Positions 38,165 to 50,075 of a stretch of DNA of 64,000 nt are shown one piece after another (positions within the stretch are counted from its first letter, which is position 1; every line of letters starts with the position of its first letter). Where the stretch lies: positions 2,816,001-2,880,000 of the forward strand of contig CAVTBU010000005.1 in NCBI GenBank assembly GCA_963733035.1, in the 5' to 3' direction. Source of the DNA: Pirellulales bacterium (GTDB lineage: Bacteria; Planctomycetota; Planctomycetia; Pirellulales; PALSA-1355). Made by a program: the position numbers and the translations under genes. The notes under the pieces were generated by a model. The model did no database searches and was not told the DNA's origin. It worked only from the letters and a program-made list of their open reading frames with translations.

Positions 38165-41119
38165 ATGCAGCAGTGGTTGCGACTTGCGTGTGGAGCAATT
38201 CTGGCAAGCGGATTGTCAAACGCCGCGGAGCCGGAGATTCGCAATACACCGCTTTCGCCGGACGAGGAACTGGCTACGTTTCAACTGGCCGACAAGCGGC
38301 TGACGGTCGACCTGGTGGCGGCCGAACCCGAGGTCGATAGTCCCGTGGCCATTTGCTGGGACGCCGACGCCCGAATGTACGTGGCCGAGATGATCGACTA
38401 TCCGATCGGTCCGCCGGCCGGGCGAGTCAGTGTGCTTGAAGACCGCGACGGGGATGGTCGCTACGAACATGCCACGGTATTTGCCCAGGGTTTGCCGTTT
38501 CCCAACGGCCTGCTGGCGGCCCGCGGCGGTTTGTTCGTCACGGCGGCCCCGGACCTGTTGTTTCTGCAAGACACTGACGGGGACGGCGTGGCCGACAAAA
38601 AGGTTGTCGTCTTCACTGGCTTTGGCGAAGGCAACCAACAACTGCGGGCAAACGGGCTGACCTGGGGGCTGGACGGGTGGATCTACGGCGCCAACGGTCG
38701 CAGCGACGGCGCGATCCGCCGTCCGGAAGATCCGCCGGAGAAAGCCGTATCGATTCGCGGCTGCGATTTCCGTTTCACGCCCGACGGCCGGCAATTCGAG
38801 GCGACCAGCGGCCAGAGTCAATTCGGCCAGTCGAGCGACGATTGGGGAAACCGGTTTCTCTCCTGGAATACGATTCCGATTCGTCACGCGCTGCTGGACC
38901 GCGCGTTTGTCGAGCGCAACCCACGGCTGGCAATGTATGCCGTGCGCGACATTGCCGATCCGACGGACGACGGCCGGGTGTATCCCATCAGTCCCCGACC
39001 CAAGACGTTCAACCGCGAGCGAACCGATTTTTTCAACGCGCTGGCTGGAATGACGGTTTACCGTGGCGACGCCTTGGGGCGCGATTACGGCGATAGCGCC
39101 TTCATGGGTGAATCGCTGACGAACCTGGTACACCGCCGGACGCTGATGCCGAGCGGCGCTACCTTTATCTCGCGCCGAAGCGAGCACGATCGCGAATTTT
39201 TGGCTTCGACGGACCCTTGGTTTCATCCGGTGTTTCTCACCACCGGTCCGGATGGTTCGCTCTATGTGGTTGATTTCTACCGCCGTTGGGTTGAGCACCC
39301 GGCGTTTGTGGCGGAGTCGCTGCGAGGCGACGTCGATTGGCGGGAGGGGGCCGGCCACGGGCGAATCTGGAAGGTGAGCCGCCGCGAAAACACCTGGCCG
39401 CCCCGTCCGCAGCCCAAGCTTTCCGCGGCGCCCAGTATTGAACTGGTCAGGCAGCTCGAATCTTTCAATGGCTGGCGGCGCGACACGGCTCACCGGTTGC
39501 TCCTGGAACGCCGCGACGAGAAGGCCGTGCCACTGGTGCGCGCGGTGCTTACCAACAGCCGCTTACCGCAGGCCAAGGTGCACGCGCTGTCGATTCTCAA
39601 CGCGTTGGGAGAACTTGACGATGGTCTGCTGCTGCGCGGAACCGAAGACGGCGAAGCCCACGTGCGGCAAGTCGCGATGCGATTGGCCGCGCCGCGACTG
39701 GCAGCCTCGCCGCGGCTTCGCGAAGCCCTGGTCGGGATGACCGACTTTCCATCTCCGCTTACGCGTTTTCAGCTGGCCTTGTCTTTGGCCGGCGTCGAGG
39801 GTCCCGACAAGATTGCATCGCTGGTGAAACTGGCCGACCTGGAATCGCGCGACGAAATCATTGGCGTCGCAATCGTCGGCAGCCTGGGGAGTTCGGCCGG
39901 TGGATTCCTGATGGAACTGATCAAGCAACATCCCGATTGGCGGCGTGGCCCCGGCGTGGATCAGATGCGGTTGCTGCGCGATGCGGCCGCGGCAGTCGCC
40001 GTCGGAAAAAACGATCAACAACTCGCCGCCTGCTTTCAAGCAATCGCGCCGCGGCAGGCGGCCGACGTGGGCCCGGGCGATTTGTCGATATTGACCGGGT
40101 TTGCACAGGGGATCGCCGATCGCGGCTATTCGCTGCGCGCCTTGTTGGCCGAGCCGCCCGAGGGCCTGAAGCCGCATGTACCGGCACTCAACCTGTTGCT
40201 GGCGGCCGCACGGTCGCTGGCGGCAAACGAGCATGAGGCGCTCGAACATCGCCTGGCGGCGATCGAGGTGCTGGGGCTTTGCGACGCGGCCAGCGGACCG
40301 GTGCTGTTGGAACTGCTCGATCCACGGCACGCGCAGCCGCTGCAGTCGGCCGCGGCCGCCGCGCTGTCGCAAACCGATGCCGAAACGGCCGAAAAGATGT
40401 TTGCCCGCTGGAACGAGTTGACGATTGCCACGCGCCGTGCGCTCGTGTCCGCGGCCCTGCGTTCGACGACGACGATCGCCGCGCTATTGTCGGCCATCGA
40501 GACCGAACAGGTGCTGGCCCGCGAACTCGATCCGGCGTCGCGCGATGCGCTGTTGGCGGTGCGCGACCCGGCGCTCGAACCGCGAATCAAGGAGCTGCTT
40601 CGATCGCAGGCGGCCGGTCGCAACCGCGACGAAGTCGTGGCCCGCTTCACGGCCGCTCTCGAGAAGGATGGCGATCGGTCGCATGGCGCGGCCCTGTTCG
40701 AAAAACACTGTCTCGTCTGCCACACCGTGCAAACGCGCGGCAATCGCGTGGGTCCGGATCTGTCGGGCGTGGGAGCTCGGCCGCGGGAAACGCTTTTGGT
40801 CGACTTGTTCGATCCCAGCAAGCAAGTGACGCCGGAGTACGTGGCCTACACGCTGCTGACGCGCGAGGGCCAGGTGATGAGCGGCGTGTTGGTATCCGAG
40901 ACGCCAACCAGCGTTACTCTGCGCAGGGCCGAAGGGTCGCAGGATTTCGTCCGCCGCGATCAGATTGAATCGCTGAGATCCACCGGCAAATCGCTCATGC
41001 CCGAAGGGCTGGAACAGGACCTGAGCGAAACGGACATCGCCGATTTACTGGCGTTCCTGGCCGACCCGAATGCCGCGCTGTTTTCCAAACCCGTAATGCC
41101 GCAAACCGGGTCGCCGTAG
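38165..41119 (+). CDS. PVC-type haem-binding CxxCH protein (propeller dehydrogenase-like + HEAT + cytochrome c)
   Basis: AAEPEVDSPVAICWD...YVAEMIDYP, DWGNRF, GPDGSLYVVD, GRIW; CLVCH, GPDLS, SLMPEGL. Confidence 0.9.
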   Translation: MQQWLRLACGAILASGLSNAAEPEIRNTPLSPDEELATFQLADKRLTVDLVAAEPEVDSPVAICWDADARMYVAEMIDYPIGPPAGRVSVLEDRDGDGRYEHATVFAQGLPFPNGLLAARGGLFVTAAPDLLFLQDTDGDGVADKKVVVFTGFGEGNQQLRANGLTWGLDGWIYGANGRSDGAIRRPEDPPEKAVSIRGCDFRFTPDGRQFEATSGQSQFGQSSDDWGNRFLSWNTIPIRHALLDRAFVERNPRLAMYAVRDIADPTDDGRVYPISPRPKTFNRERTDFFNALAGMTVYRGDALGRDYGDSAFMGESLTNLVHRRTLMPSGATFISRRSEHDREFLASTDPWFHPVFLTTGPDGSLYVVDFYRRWVEHPAFVAESLRGDVDWREGAGHGRIWKVSRRENTWPPRPQPKLSAAPSIELVRQLESFNGWRRDTAHRLLLERRDEKAVPLVRAVLTNSRLPQAKVHALSILNALGELDDGLLLRGTEDGEAHVRQVAMRLAAPRLAASPRLREALVGMTDFPSPLTRFQLALSLAGVEGPDKIASLVKLADLESRDEIIGVAIVGSLGSSAGGFLMELIKQHPDWRRGPGVDQMRLLRDAAAAVAVGKNDQQLAACFQAIAPRQAADVGPGDLSILTGFAQGIADRGYSLRALLAEPPEGLKPHVPALNLLLAAARSLAANEHEALEHRLAAIEVLGLCDAASGPVLLELLDPRHAQPLQSAAAAALSQTDAETAEKMFARWNELTIATRRALVSAALRSTTTIAALLSAIETEQVLARELDPASRDALLAVRDPALEPRIKELLRSQAAGRNRDEVVARFTAALEKDGDRSHGAALFEKHCLVCHTVQTRGNRVGPDLSGVGARPRETLLVDLFDPSKQVTPEYVAYTLLTREGQVMSGVLVSETPTSVTLRRAEGSQDFVRRDQIESLRSTGKSLMPEGLEQDLSETDIADLLAFLADPNAALFSKPVMPQTGSP

Positions 41120-41345
41120 GCAAGCCGCTGCGCTTGCGCCGGTACGTCACTTGATGCCAATGGCCGCAAGAATTCCGCCTGGCGTGCGACTCTGGGCCGG
41201 CTGTAGCGGTTGTAATGGCTAGTCCGGGTGCCAACTTTCGACAATCGGTCCGGAAAGCACGTGCCAACTTCTCGACATGCGAGCTATCTTTAGATACACA
41301 TCCTGTAGAGCCGCATTCGCGGACGCCAACTTGGAGATAGCAACA

Positions 41346-41712
41346 ATGATGGGCCACTCGGCAACGGTGCTCTTCGCGCTGGCCACGATGGCTACCGCTC
41401 CCGACACAAAGGTGTCGTCGATCACCCACGACAGGATGCCTGTGGGGCAGGCATTTCAAATTGAAACCGCGGACCACGTCTATCGCGGTCAGCTCTTGGA
41501 TCGCAAGACGGGTGAATGTCAGATGATGATGTCGTCCGACGGGACCACGTTCTCGCCCTCGCGGACCATCTACTTGCTTGGCGCCACGGCCGGACCGCAG
41601 GACCGGCAGACGCTGATCCTGATGCACCAGGTCAAGGTCGGTCTGAAGATGGAGCTGGGTATCGACGACCTCGAGCAAAAGAACCGCTTGATCACCGGCG
41701 AAGTTAAAACGA

Positions 41713-41729
<17 letters not shown>
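41346..41729 (+). CDS. Small secreted hypothetical protein
   Basis: GGAG RBS, hydrophobic N-terminus, natural-looking beta-rich sequence. Confidence 0.6.
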
Positions 41730-42893
<1,164 letters not shown>

Positions 42894-43062
42894 GGCGATG
42901 CTTTTCTCGCAATTCTACCAACGCCGGCGAAACGCCGGCACCTCCAGTCAATTGGCGGGATTCGACGCGCTGGCTGCCAAACGGGCTGCGGGGCGCGGTA
43001 TCATGGGACGCAGCGCTGGATGTTTCAATTCTCGGGCCTGGCAAGTTCGCCGCACGACTGCG

Positions 43063-44490
43063 ATGGAAGCGAGCAAATCCAACAAGACTCCCTGCCCGAA
43101 GTGCGGCAATCCGCTCCGATTGTCCGGCTTGCCCGCCGGGGAGCAGGTGCGCTGCCCGAAGTGCAACGGCCTGATTACCGTGGGAGGGGGTGCCGCCAGC
43201 AGCACCGCGAAGCGGACGCAGAAAACGAAGAAACAGCCGAGCGAGACGCCCGGCCGGCCTGTCGAACCCGGGCCACCTCAGGTGGTGGCCGTCAATCCGT
43301 TCGAACAGCGCGAGGCGGGCGAATTGCCGATCGCCGCGCCGGCATCGGCCAATCCCAGCGATGTGGATGATGACGATGCCTATGAGCCTGAGATCCCGTT
43401 GGTTCCCTCGACGATCGTACCGCAAGAGGTTTACCTGGACGCGAATTTGGGCGCGACAAAGGAATTGCGCCGCGAGGTCGATTCCAGCGGGGGCGACGAT
43501 CTGGAGGTAGATCGGCCGGCTGTGCCACGCCAGGATGACTCGGACCAGTATCTCGAAAGTGCTAAGCGGCGGGGCATCGTGCGCGAATATTTCACGCCGG
43601 ATCCGCCGCGATGGACGTTTTTGAGCGGCGTGTTTGGCTACCCTTGGCGCGGTCCCAACTTAGGACGCTGGGGAGTGATGTCGGTTTTTCTCAGCGTGGC
43701 GGCGATCGCTGACGCCAAGGCGATCGAGGCACTGGGATTGCTGGATGGCGATCTGACGATGACGACGTTGCCCGGCTTGTTCATCGCGGTATTTGCAATT
43801 GCCATGACCGTGCTCACGGTAATGTTCGTCGCGCCGTGCCTGCAAACGGCAATTCAGGACACGGCCGACGGCCACGATCTACCCCAGGACGGAACCTTTC
43901 CGGAATGGGACCAGTGGGCTTTCATGATGGTGGGATGGTTGAGCCTGGGCGCCTCGGCCGCGGCACTCGGATACCCACTGAGCCTGGTCGTCGGACCACT
44001 GGCGATGGCCGGCTCGTTTGTCCTTCTGTTTCCCGTGTTACTCTTGTCGGCGCTCGAGGCGGATTCGTACTTCTTTCCGATCTCGCCGCCGGTGCTTCGC
44101 TCGCTGGGATATCTGGCGGGTGGCTGGCTTGCCTTTTACCTCGTGAGTGGTTTGCTCGTCGGCGCTACCGCCGCGGCGATTCTTGCAGGGGTGGGCTCGG
44201 CACCGGAACTTACCTGGTTGCTGGCTGGGCCGGTGCTGGCGGCCGTGGCGCTGATTTACGCCCGACTGTTGGGGCGGCTCGCCTGGAAAGCCTCCGGGAC
44301 GACCATGGCCCCGGTGGAAATCAAGGGCGACGTCGATCCTGATGAAATCATCGAGACCGTCAAGCGGGCCGCCGAGCCCAAACGCAAAAGCAAGAAGCGG
44401 TCGCGGGTGAAGATCGTTGTGCCCGAGGAAATCGACCGCCATGAACCGCCCAGCGAGCGACCGCGAATCAATTTTCATCACCGTTCGTAG
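43063..44490 (+). CDS. Membrane protein with N-terminal zinc ribbon
   Basis: CPKC...CPKC, P/D/E-rich linker, about six TM helices, basic tail. Confidence 0.8.
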   Translation: MEASKSNKTPCPKCGNPLRLSGLPAGEQVRCPKCNGLITVGGGAASSTAKRTQKTKKQPSETPGRPVEPGPPQVVAVNPFEQREAGELPIAAPASANPSDVDDDDAYEPEIPLVPSTIVPQEVYLDANLGATKELRREVDSSGGDDLEVDRPAVPRQDDSDQYLESAKRRGIVREYFTPDPPRWTFLSGVFGYPWRGPNLGRWGVMSVFLSVAAIADAKAIEALGLLDGDLTMTTLPGLFIAVFAIAMTVLTVMFVAPCLQTAIQDTADGHDLPQDGTFPEWDQWAFMMVGWLSLGASAAALGYPLSLVVGPLAMAGSFVLLFPVLLLSALEADSYFFPISPPVLRSLGYLAGGWLAFYLVSGLLVGATAAAILAGVGSAPELTWLLAGPVLAAVALIYARLLGRLAWKASGTTMAPVEIKGDVDPDEIIETVKRAAEPKRKSKKRSRVKIVVPEEIDRHEPPSERPRINFHHRS

Positions 44491-45346
44491 GCAGGATGGC
44501 AAACACGCGGGCCGGGCCGCCCGAACCGGTTTCGATCTTCATCGGGGCGACGAAGAGATAGAAGCCCGTCGGGGGTAGCTTGTCGAGATGGGCCAGGTTC
44601 TCCAGCCCATAGCGATCGGCTTTCCCCAGCAGGTGATGCACCGGAAATTCGCGTGAGAGCCCGCGGTCGACGCTGAGCGTGTCGAGGCCCACCCCGCGCA
44701 CGTTCCGCTGTTTGATCAGGAAATCGACTGCCTCGGGCGCGAAACCAGGGAAGTGCAGGCGGTCGCGGACGTCGCGGTTCAGGTAGCGGGCGGGCTGTCG
44801 CCAGAATTTCGCCCAACCGGAATTTGCCAGCACGATGGCGCCGTCGGGAATCCGGCCGTGGTTGGCTTCGAAGTTCCGCACGTCGTCCAGCGTCACTAGA
44901 TAGTCGGGGTCGGCACTGACGGGTCCGGAGACGTCGATGACCACGCCAGGTCCAAATAGGTTGCCGGGTGGAATCTCGTCGACGCTGGGTCGGCCGGCTT
45001 CAAAATGGTTGGGGGCGTCGAGATGCGTGCCCAGATGCTCGGGGGAACTAAAGGCCTTCGATAGCACGCCGTCTTTCTCCAGCGTGGCAATCGTATGTAA
45101 TTCAAACGGCTGATAGTTGTCGCCCGGCCAGAAGGCGCTGTTTCGATTCAGCGGCCAGGCCAGGTCGACCAGCGGGAGTTTTCCGGCGGCCAAATCGGCC
45201 AACGTGGGCGGGAAGGCTCCGGCGGCGGGGTGGACGGCTGGGGGATCCTGGCCGGCGTCGGCCCGGGTGGTGATCCGCCGGTCCAGCCAAACGGAAAAAG
45301 CCAGACTGCAGGCCAGCGTGGGTAAGATCAACCATGGACGCTTCAT
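44468..45346 (-). CDS. Cyclase-family metallohydrolase (kynurenine formamidase-like)
   Basis: EHLGTHLDAPNHF, HFPGF, GLDTLSVD, LENL, GSGGPARV; N-terminal anchor. Confidence 0.92.
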   Translation of the reverse strand: MKRPWLILPTLACSLAFSVWLDRRITTRADAGQDPPAVHPAAGAFPPTLADLAAGKLPLVDLAWPLNRNSAFWPGDNYQPFELHTIATLEKDGVLSKAFSSPEHLGTHLDAPNHFEAGRPSVDEIPPGNLFGPGVVIDVSGPVSADPDYLVTLDDVRNFEANHGRIPDGAIVLANSGWAKFWRQPARYLNRDVRDRLHFPGFAPEAVDFLIKQRNVRGVGLDTLSVDRGLSREFPVHHLLGKADRYGLENLAHLDKLPPTGFYLFVAPMKIETGSGGPARVFAILPTNGDEN

Positions 45347-45713
45347 CGCTCGAAGAATCTCCGGGCCGGCAGCTTTCGAAACCCTGGAAAAAACCTAGCT
45401 CGAAGGTGTGCGAAAGGCGCGCCCTCAAGGCGGAATATGCCGAGTGTAGCGTGTCTGTGGTCCGCCGCGGGGATGATCCGGGACGCGGGAAGATCGGCCG
45501 GCGGCGGGAAGACGGTAAAGTATTAAGGCAACCGTAGTTGACGGCGGGCCTTTGTTTCGGCAATATTCCAGGTATTCGTCGGGGCGTTGCGCCGACTCCG
45601 GGTGTGCCGCACGCGCATTCGATTCTGGGTGTTCGCATTCCCCTGACTCGGTTTGCTGGGAAGAATTTGCTGTAAATCGCTGTAAATCTTTGTCTGTTGG
45701 AAAGGGTACGAGT

Positions 45714-46213
45714 ATAGAACGCAATCAGAGGATCAATGAGCAGATCCGAATTTCGCCGGTGCGGGTGATCACGGCCGATGGGGAACTGCTGGGGATTATT
45801 AACACCGACGAGGCACTGGCCCGGGCACGCGAGGCAGATTTGGATCTGGTTGAGGTGGCGCCCAACGAGCGTCCTCCCGTTTGTCGCATCATGGACTACG
45901 GGAAGTTCAAGTACCAGCAAAAGAAGCGGCTGGCCAAGGGCCACACGCATCATAGCAAGATCAAGGAAATCCGCGTCCGCCCCAAGACCGGGGAGCACGA
46001 CATCGGCTTCAAGGTCAACCAGGCGCGAACCTTCTTGCAGCACAAGGACAAAGTGGTCGTATCGGTCATCTTCCGCGGCGCGAGCTCGCGCACATCGAAG
46101 AAGGCCGCAAGGTGATTGACCACGTTATCAAAGAGCTGGAAGAAGTCGGAAAGATCGAATCGGCCCCTTCGCACCAGGGGAAGCGAATCGTTGCCATTTT
46201 GGCGCCACGGTAG
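45714..46213 (+). CDS. infC: Translation initiation factor IF-3 (probable ATA start; frameshift ~46078)
   Basis: [36 protein letters not shown]; one added base gives FRGRELAH...LAPR-stop at 46213; GAAAGGG 7 nt before ATA. Confidence 0.93.
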
Positions 46214-46322
46214 GTCGCGACACAACCCAGGGAACGCCGCCGTTGTGACCTTGCTGTAATCGCAGGCGTGTTTCCGCGCTTGCGGTGCGCGCAGACCGGT
46301 GGGAACCTCGCCCCCGCGTCAC

Positions 46323-47969
46323 TCAAGCAAAGAACCAGCACATGCCGAGCGTGCAGGCCACGAGGAGGATGGCCCACAGCTTGTCGTTTTGCCACCAGGG
46401 GCGCGATGCCGTGGCTTCGCCGCTGCGCTCCTGCTTGAATCGCCGCCAGGTGAAGTGCTCGCGCTCGGAGTCGCGCTCGTGCCGGGTGAACAGGCTAACG
46501 ACGAGGATCACGACGTAGCAGGCGACGGTGGCCAGGCCGGCGCGATGAAATGCCTGGAGCTGGTGATCAAACAGGCCGGCTGCACCGCGCTCGAAGGCGA
46601 CTGACAAGAAAGGGCCCGCCAGAATGCAGGCGAAGGACGCCGTTCGGGTGATCAGCGGCTGCAAGATGCCGGCGACGTAGGCCACGATGACGCCGGGCAC
46701 CAGGTAAGCGTTGTAGTCGGCCATTTTATTGAAGATGCCCCCCTTGGTTTGGCCGTAGTACAGCGATAGCAGGATGGCCAGACCGACCATGGCCAGCATG
46801 GCGAACCGGCCTACCCAGATCAGATGCATTTCCGAGGAGTCGGGGCGCAGGTACTTGCGATAGATGTCGAACGTGAACAGCGTGGCCGTGGAGTTCATCA
46901 TCGAGTCGATCGTCGACAGGATTCCGCCCACGAGCCCCGCCATGACGATGCCCACCAGACCATAACCGGCGGGCAGCAGCGTCCGAGTGAGCCCGGCGAA
47001 GGCCGTGTCACTTTCGGTCTCGGGATTGATGTCGAGGATGAACGCCGCGGCCATGCCCGGCACGATACACAAGAACGGGATCAGCAACTTGAAGAAGCCG
47101 GCGGTGATCACGCCGGTTCGCGCGTCCCAGCCAGAGCGGGCGCCCAGCGTGCGCTGGACGATGAACTGATTGGTCCCCCAGTAGTACATGTGCAGCACCA
47201 TCAGCCCGCTGAGCACGCCGCTCCAGGGGAGCACCGGGTGACTGGCTTCGAAGAAGACGTGGAACTTCTCGGGCTGGCGCTCGAGCAGGCCGGAAATGCC
47301 ACCCACGTTGGGATGCCAGATGGCCAACACCGCGACCGTGCCGCCGCCGATCAGCAGCAGGATGCTTTGGATGAAATCGGTATAGATGACGGCCTTCAGT
47401 CCACCGAAGACCGTATAGGCCGCGGCCACGCCGGCCAATAGCCAAATGGCGGCCTGGTAGCTGATGGCATAGTCGGAACCGGACAGGAGTGTTTCGACCG
47501 TGAGGGCCCCGAGAATCAGCGTGCCGACCATTTGGATCAGCAGGAACGCCATGTTGGTGATGGAATACAGCAAGCGGCTGCGATCGTCGAACCGCCGTCC
47601 GAGATATTCCGACAGCGTGTAAACGCCCATCTGCCGATAAAAGGGGAGAAAGAAGTAACAAAGCATTAGCAGACCGAAGATCGCACCGAACTCGAAATTG
47701 GCCTGGGCAAAGCCCTCCTTGAGGCCGGCGCCCATCATGCCGACCATGTGGTGCGAGCTGACATTGGTGCCGAAGATCGAACCGGCCACCACCCACCAGG
47801 CGACGCTCTTGCCGGCCAGAAAGTAATCGGCCGTTCCGGATTCCTTGCGTCCGATCCACATGCCGAAGGCGGTAACACCCAGTACCGTGCCGACCAGGAT
47901 GACAAAGTCGAGGACATGCAGAGGAAGGCTGGCGCCGTCGGCAAGTAACAGGGGAACCAAAGAATTCAT
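46323..47969 (-). CDS. Sodium:solute symporter (SSS family)
   Basis: DYFLAGK, EYLGRRF, YTVFGGLKAVIYTD, YWGTNQFIVQRTL; many TM helices. Confidence 0.95.
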   Translation of the reverse strand: MNSLVPLLLADGASLPLHVLDFVILVGTVLGVTAFGMWIGRKESGTADYFLAGKSVAWWVVAGSIFGTNVSSHHMVGMMGAGLKEGFAQANFEFGAIFGLLMLCYFFLPFYRQMGVYTLSEYLGRRFDDRSRLLYSITNMAFLLIQMVGTLILGALTVETLLSGSDYAISYQAAIWLLAGVAAAYTVFGGLKAVIYTDFIQSILLLIGGGTVAVLAIWHPNVGGISGLLERQPEKFHVFFEASHPVLPWSGVLSGLMVLHMYYWGTNQFIVQRTLGARSGWDARTGVITAGFFKLLIPFLCIVPGMAAAFILDINPETESDTAFAGLTRTLLPAGYGLVGIVMAGLVGGILSTIDSMMNSTATLFTFDIYRKYLRPDSSEMHLIWVGRFAMLAMVGLAILLSLYYGQTKGGIFNKMADYNAYLVPGVIVAYVAGILQPLITRTASFACILAGPFLSVAFERGAAGLFDHQLQAFHRAGLATVACYVVILVVSLFTRHERDSEREHFTWRRFKQERSGEATASRPWWQNDKLWAILLVACTLGMCWFFA

Positions 47970-48081
47970 CGGTACTCCGCCGGGTACACGGGAGGGTGCC
48001 AGCCGAGGCCAGCGAGTCGGGCCGCACTAAACTGCTCAGCAGCGTAACCCAACTTGCGGGCGGAGCCAACTCATGTCGCGC

Positions 48082-50065
48082 TCATTCGTCGGCCTGGCGA
48101 AAGCGCGCCGGTCGAGGTGCGGCCAGGGCCGCGAGCTGCGGTACGTCAAATTCGCCGAGCAGCCCGAAAGCAAACAGTTCGGGCATGGTTTCCACGGCGA
48201 CGTTTCGCTCGAGCAACTCGTGAAAGCTCGTTAGACCATCGACCATTTCGATGTCCGCGATGGCTTCGCTTTCAAGTGCGGTCGCGACTAGCGCGGCGGC
48301 CGACGCCCGCGGGCCGACGGCCACGATTCGAGGCGCGCTCGCGTCGCTGAAATTGGCGGCCGCCCAGCGGGCCACGGCCGCGATCTGCGCCGCCTGAATG
48401 CCGAGCGGTCGCTGGCCAACCGTGGAGACAAAGAGCGGGTAGACGTAGTCCGGATCTTCCGCCTTGAGCTTTGATTCGCCCCAGAGCAAGGGGTCCAGCG
48501 CGATGACGCGATGTCCGGCATCCAGCAGCCGCTTGACCTCGGCCGACTGCGAAACACGCCCTCCATCGGCAACAAGCAGCACGGACCCGGTGGAGTCCTT
48601 GGTGGTGTGCGTGAAGACCGTGGCGGGTACCGTCCAATGGCCGCCCAGGGTCAGGCGGTAGGTGGCCGTGGGATGCGACTCTGCGGAGATCGGTTCGTGC
48701 TTGGAGGAGGTAACTTCGTAAGTCGGAACGCGCAGCAGCCTGGTCAATCGCTCGCGCCCTGGCGCTGCCACTCCACCGACGGACCCTCATGCGAAGGCAG
48801 TTTGTCGCCGGGTGACAATTGAGCGGCCAGTGATCTGGCCAGCAGATGAAAATCAAGGTTTCCCTCCGGCAGCGGAACTAGCAATTGCTCGGCGTTTTTC
48901 AACTCGCCCTTGCTGTCGATCTCGGTACGCACGTAGTCCTTGTCGGCGGGAAAGAAATGATTTCCGATGAAAGCGTAAAGCTGTTCGCGATTGTCCTGCT
49001 CGAAGTTATGCGTGCCCGGCGTATGGTTGACGTGCGCGCGCAGCTTGAAACGGGCATCATAGAGTTGAAAGATGGGGCCGGCGGCGTTCAGAAGGGGTTC
49101 CAGCGTGTGGCCGCTCTTGAAGCAGCAGTCGTCCTTGATGTTATAGGTGAGCAGTGTCGGCCGCGGGTGCGCAGCGCGGTCAGGTGCGTGTAGTCGGCCA
49201 GGGCCGCCAGGTCCGTGGGAGCCTGTTCCGAGTCGCCCATGTCGCCGTAAATGATGTTCGTGTGAAAGCTGCCGTAGCCGGCCACCGGGTTCGCCAGCGT
49301 CACGCGCTCGTCGAGGCTGCTGATAAGAATCGTCTGCCAGCCACCGCCCGATAGCCCTGAGACAACGACCCGCGAGGGATCCGCATTCTCGAGCGCCAGC
49401 CCAAGGTCGAGCGCGCGGCTCATGGCCAGATAAAACGGCGCGAGGCCGCTGGCGCCGCACAATTCAAGTTGGTTCATTCGCCCGTGCGCAAAACCTTCGG
49501 TACGGAGCTGCCCCATGCCGAACCATTCGATGTCGAGTACCAGGAGGCCGCGCTTGGCGAGGTTGATCGAGCGAAGCTGTTTATACTCCGTGGCTTTGCC
49601 CTTGGGATCGTGACCGTTGACGTGCAGGGCCAGCGGAACCCGGCCCGTGAGCTTGTCGGGCACGTAGAGCAGGGCGGGAATCCACATGCCGGGAAGCGCC
49701 TCGAACCGCAGCTTGCGGATCTGGTAACCCGGCCCACCGGGGATCGTGTCGAGCCACTGGACGTCGGTTTCGGCGTCTCGCCACTTGGCCGCGGTGCCGC
49801 GAAACACAATGCCGTCCAGGATTTCGCGTCGCAAACGGGCCGCACTTCGTTGCCACTCGGTTCGATCGGCACAGCGGGGCGGCTGGACGATCAGCGGTTC
49901 GACAAAGGCCTTCATCTCGGCGAGCGGTAGACCGGCGTCCAAGATTGGCTGCTTGAGCGCGGCCTCAAGAGACGTCGGATCATCGGCCGCCATGACGATG
50001 GGCGGTGTCAGAACGGCGTGCAGCAGCGTACAAACGACAACAGACGCCGGAGCGATCGCGCGCAT
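48082..50065 (-). CDS. Secreted alpha/beta-hydrolase (acetylxylan-esterase-like), two frameshifts (~49165, ~48758)
   Basis: NGH, GMG, GLSGGG nucleophile elbow, PRPTLL, DDCCF, HNF, spread over three consecutive frames. Confidence 0.8.
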
Positions 50066-50075
50066 CAGGTCCTCG

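Noticed and set aside
45350..45713. L20 ribosomal leader upstream of infC
   Set aside because: rpmI-rplT do not follow infC, and I cannot recognise the leader structure.
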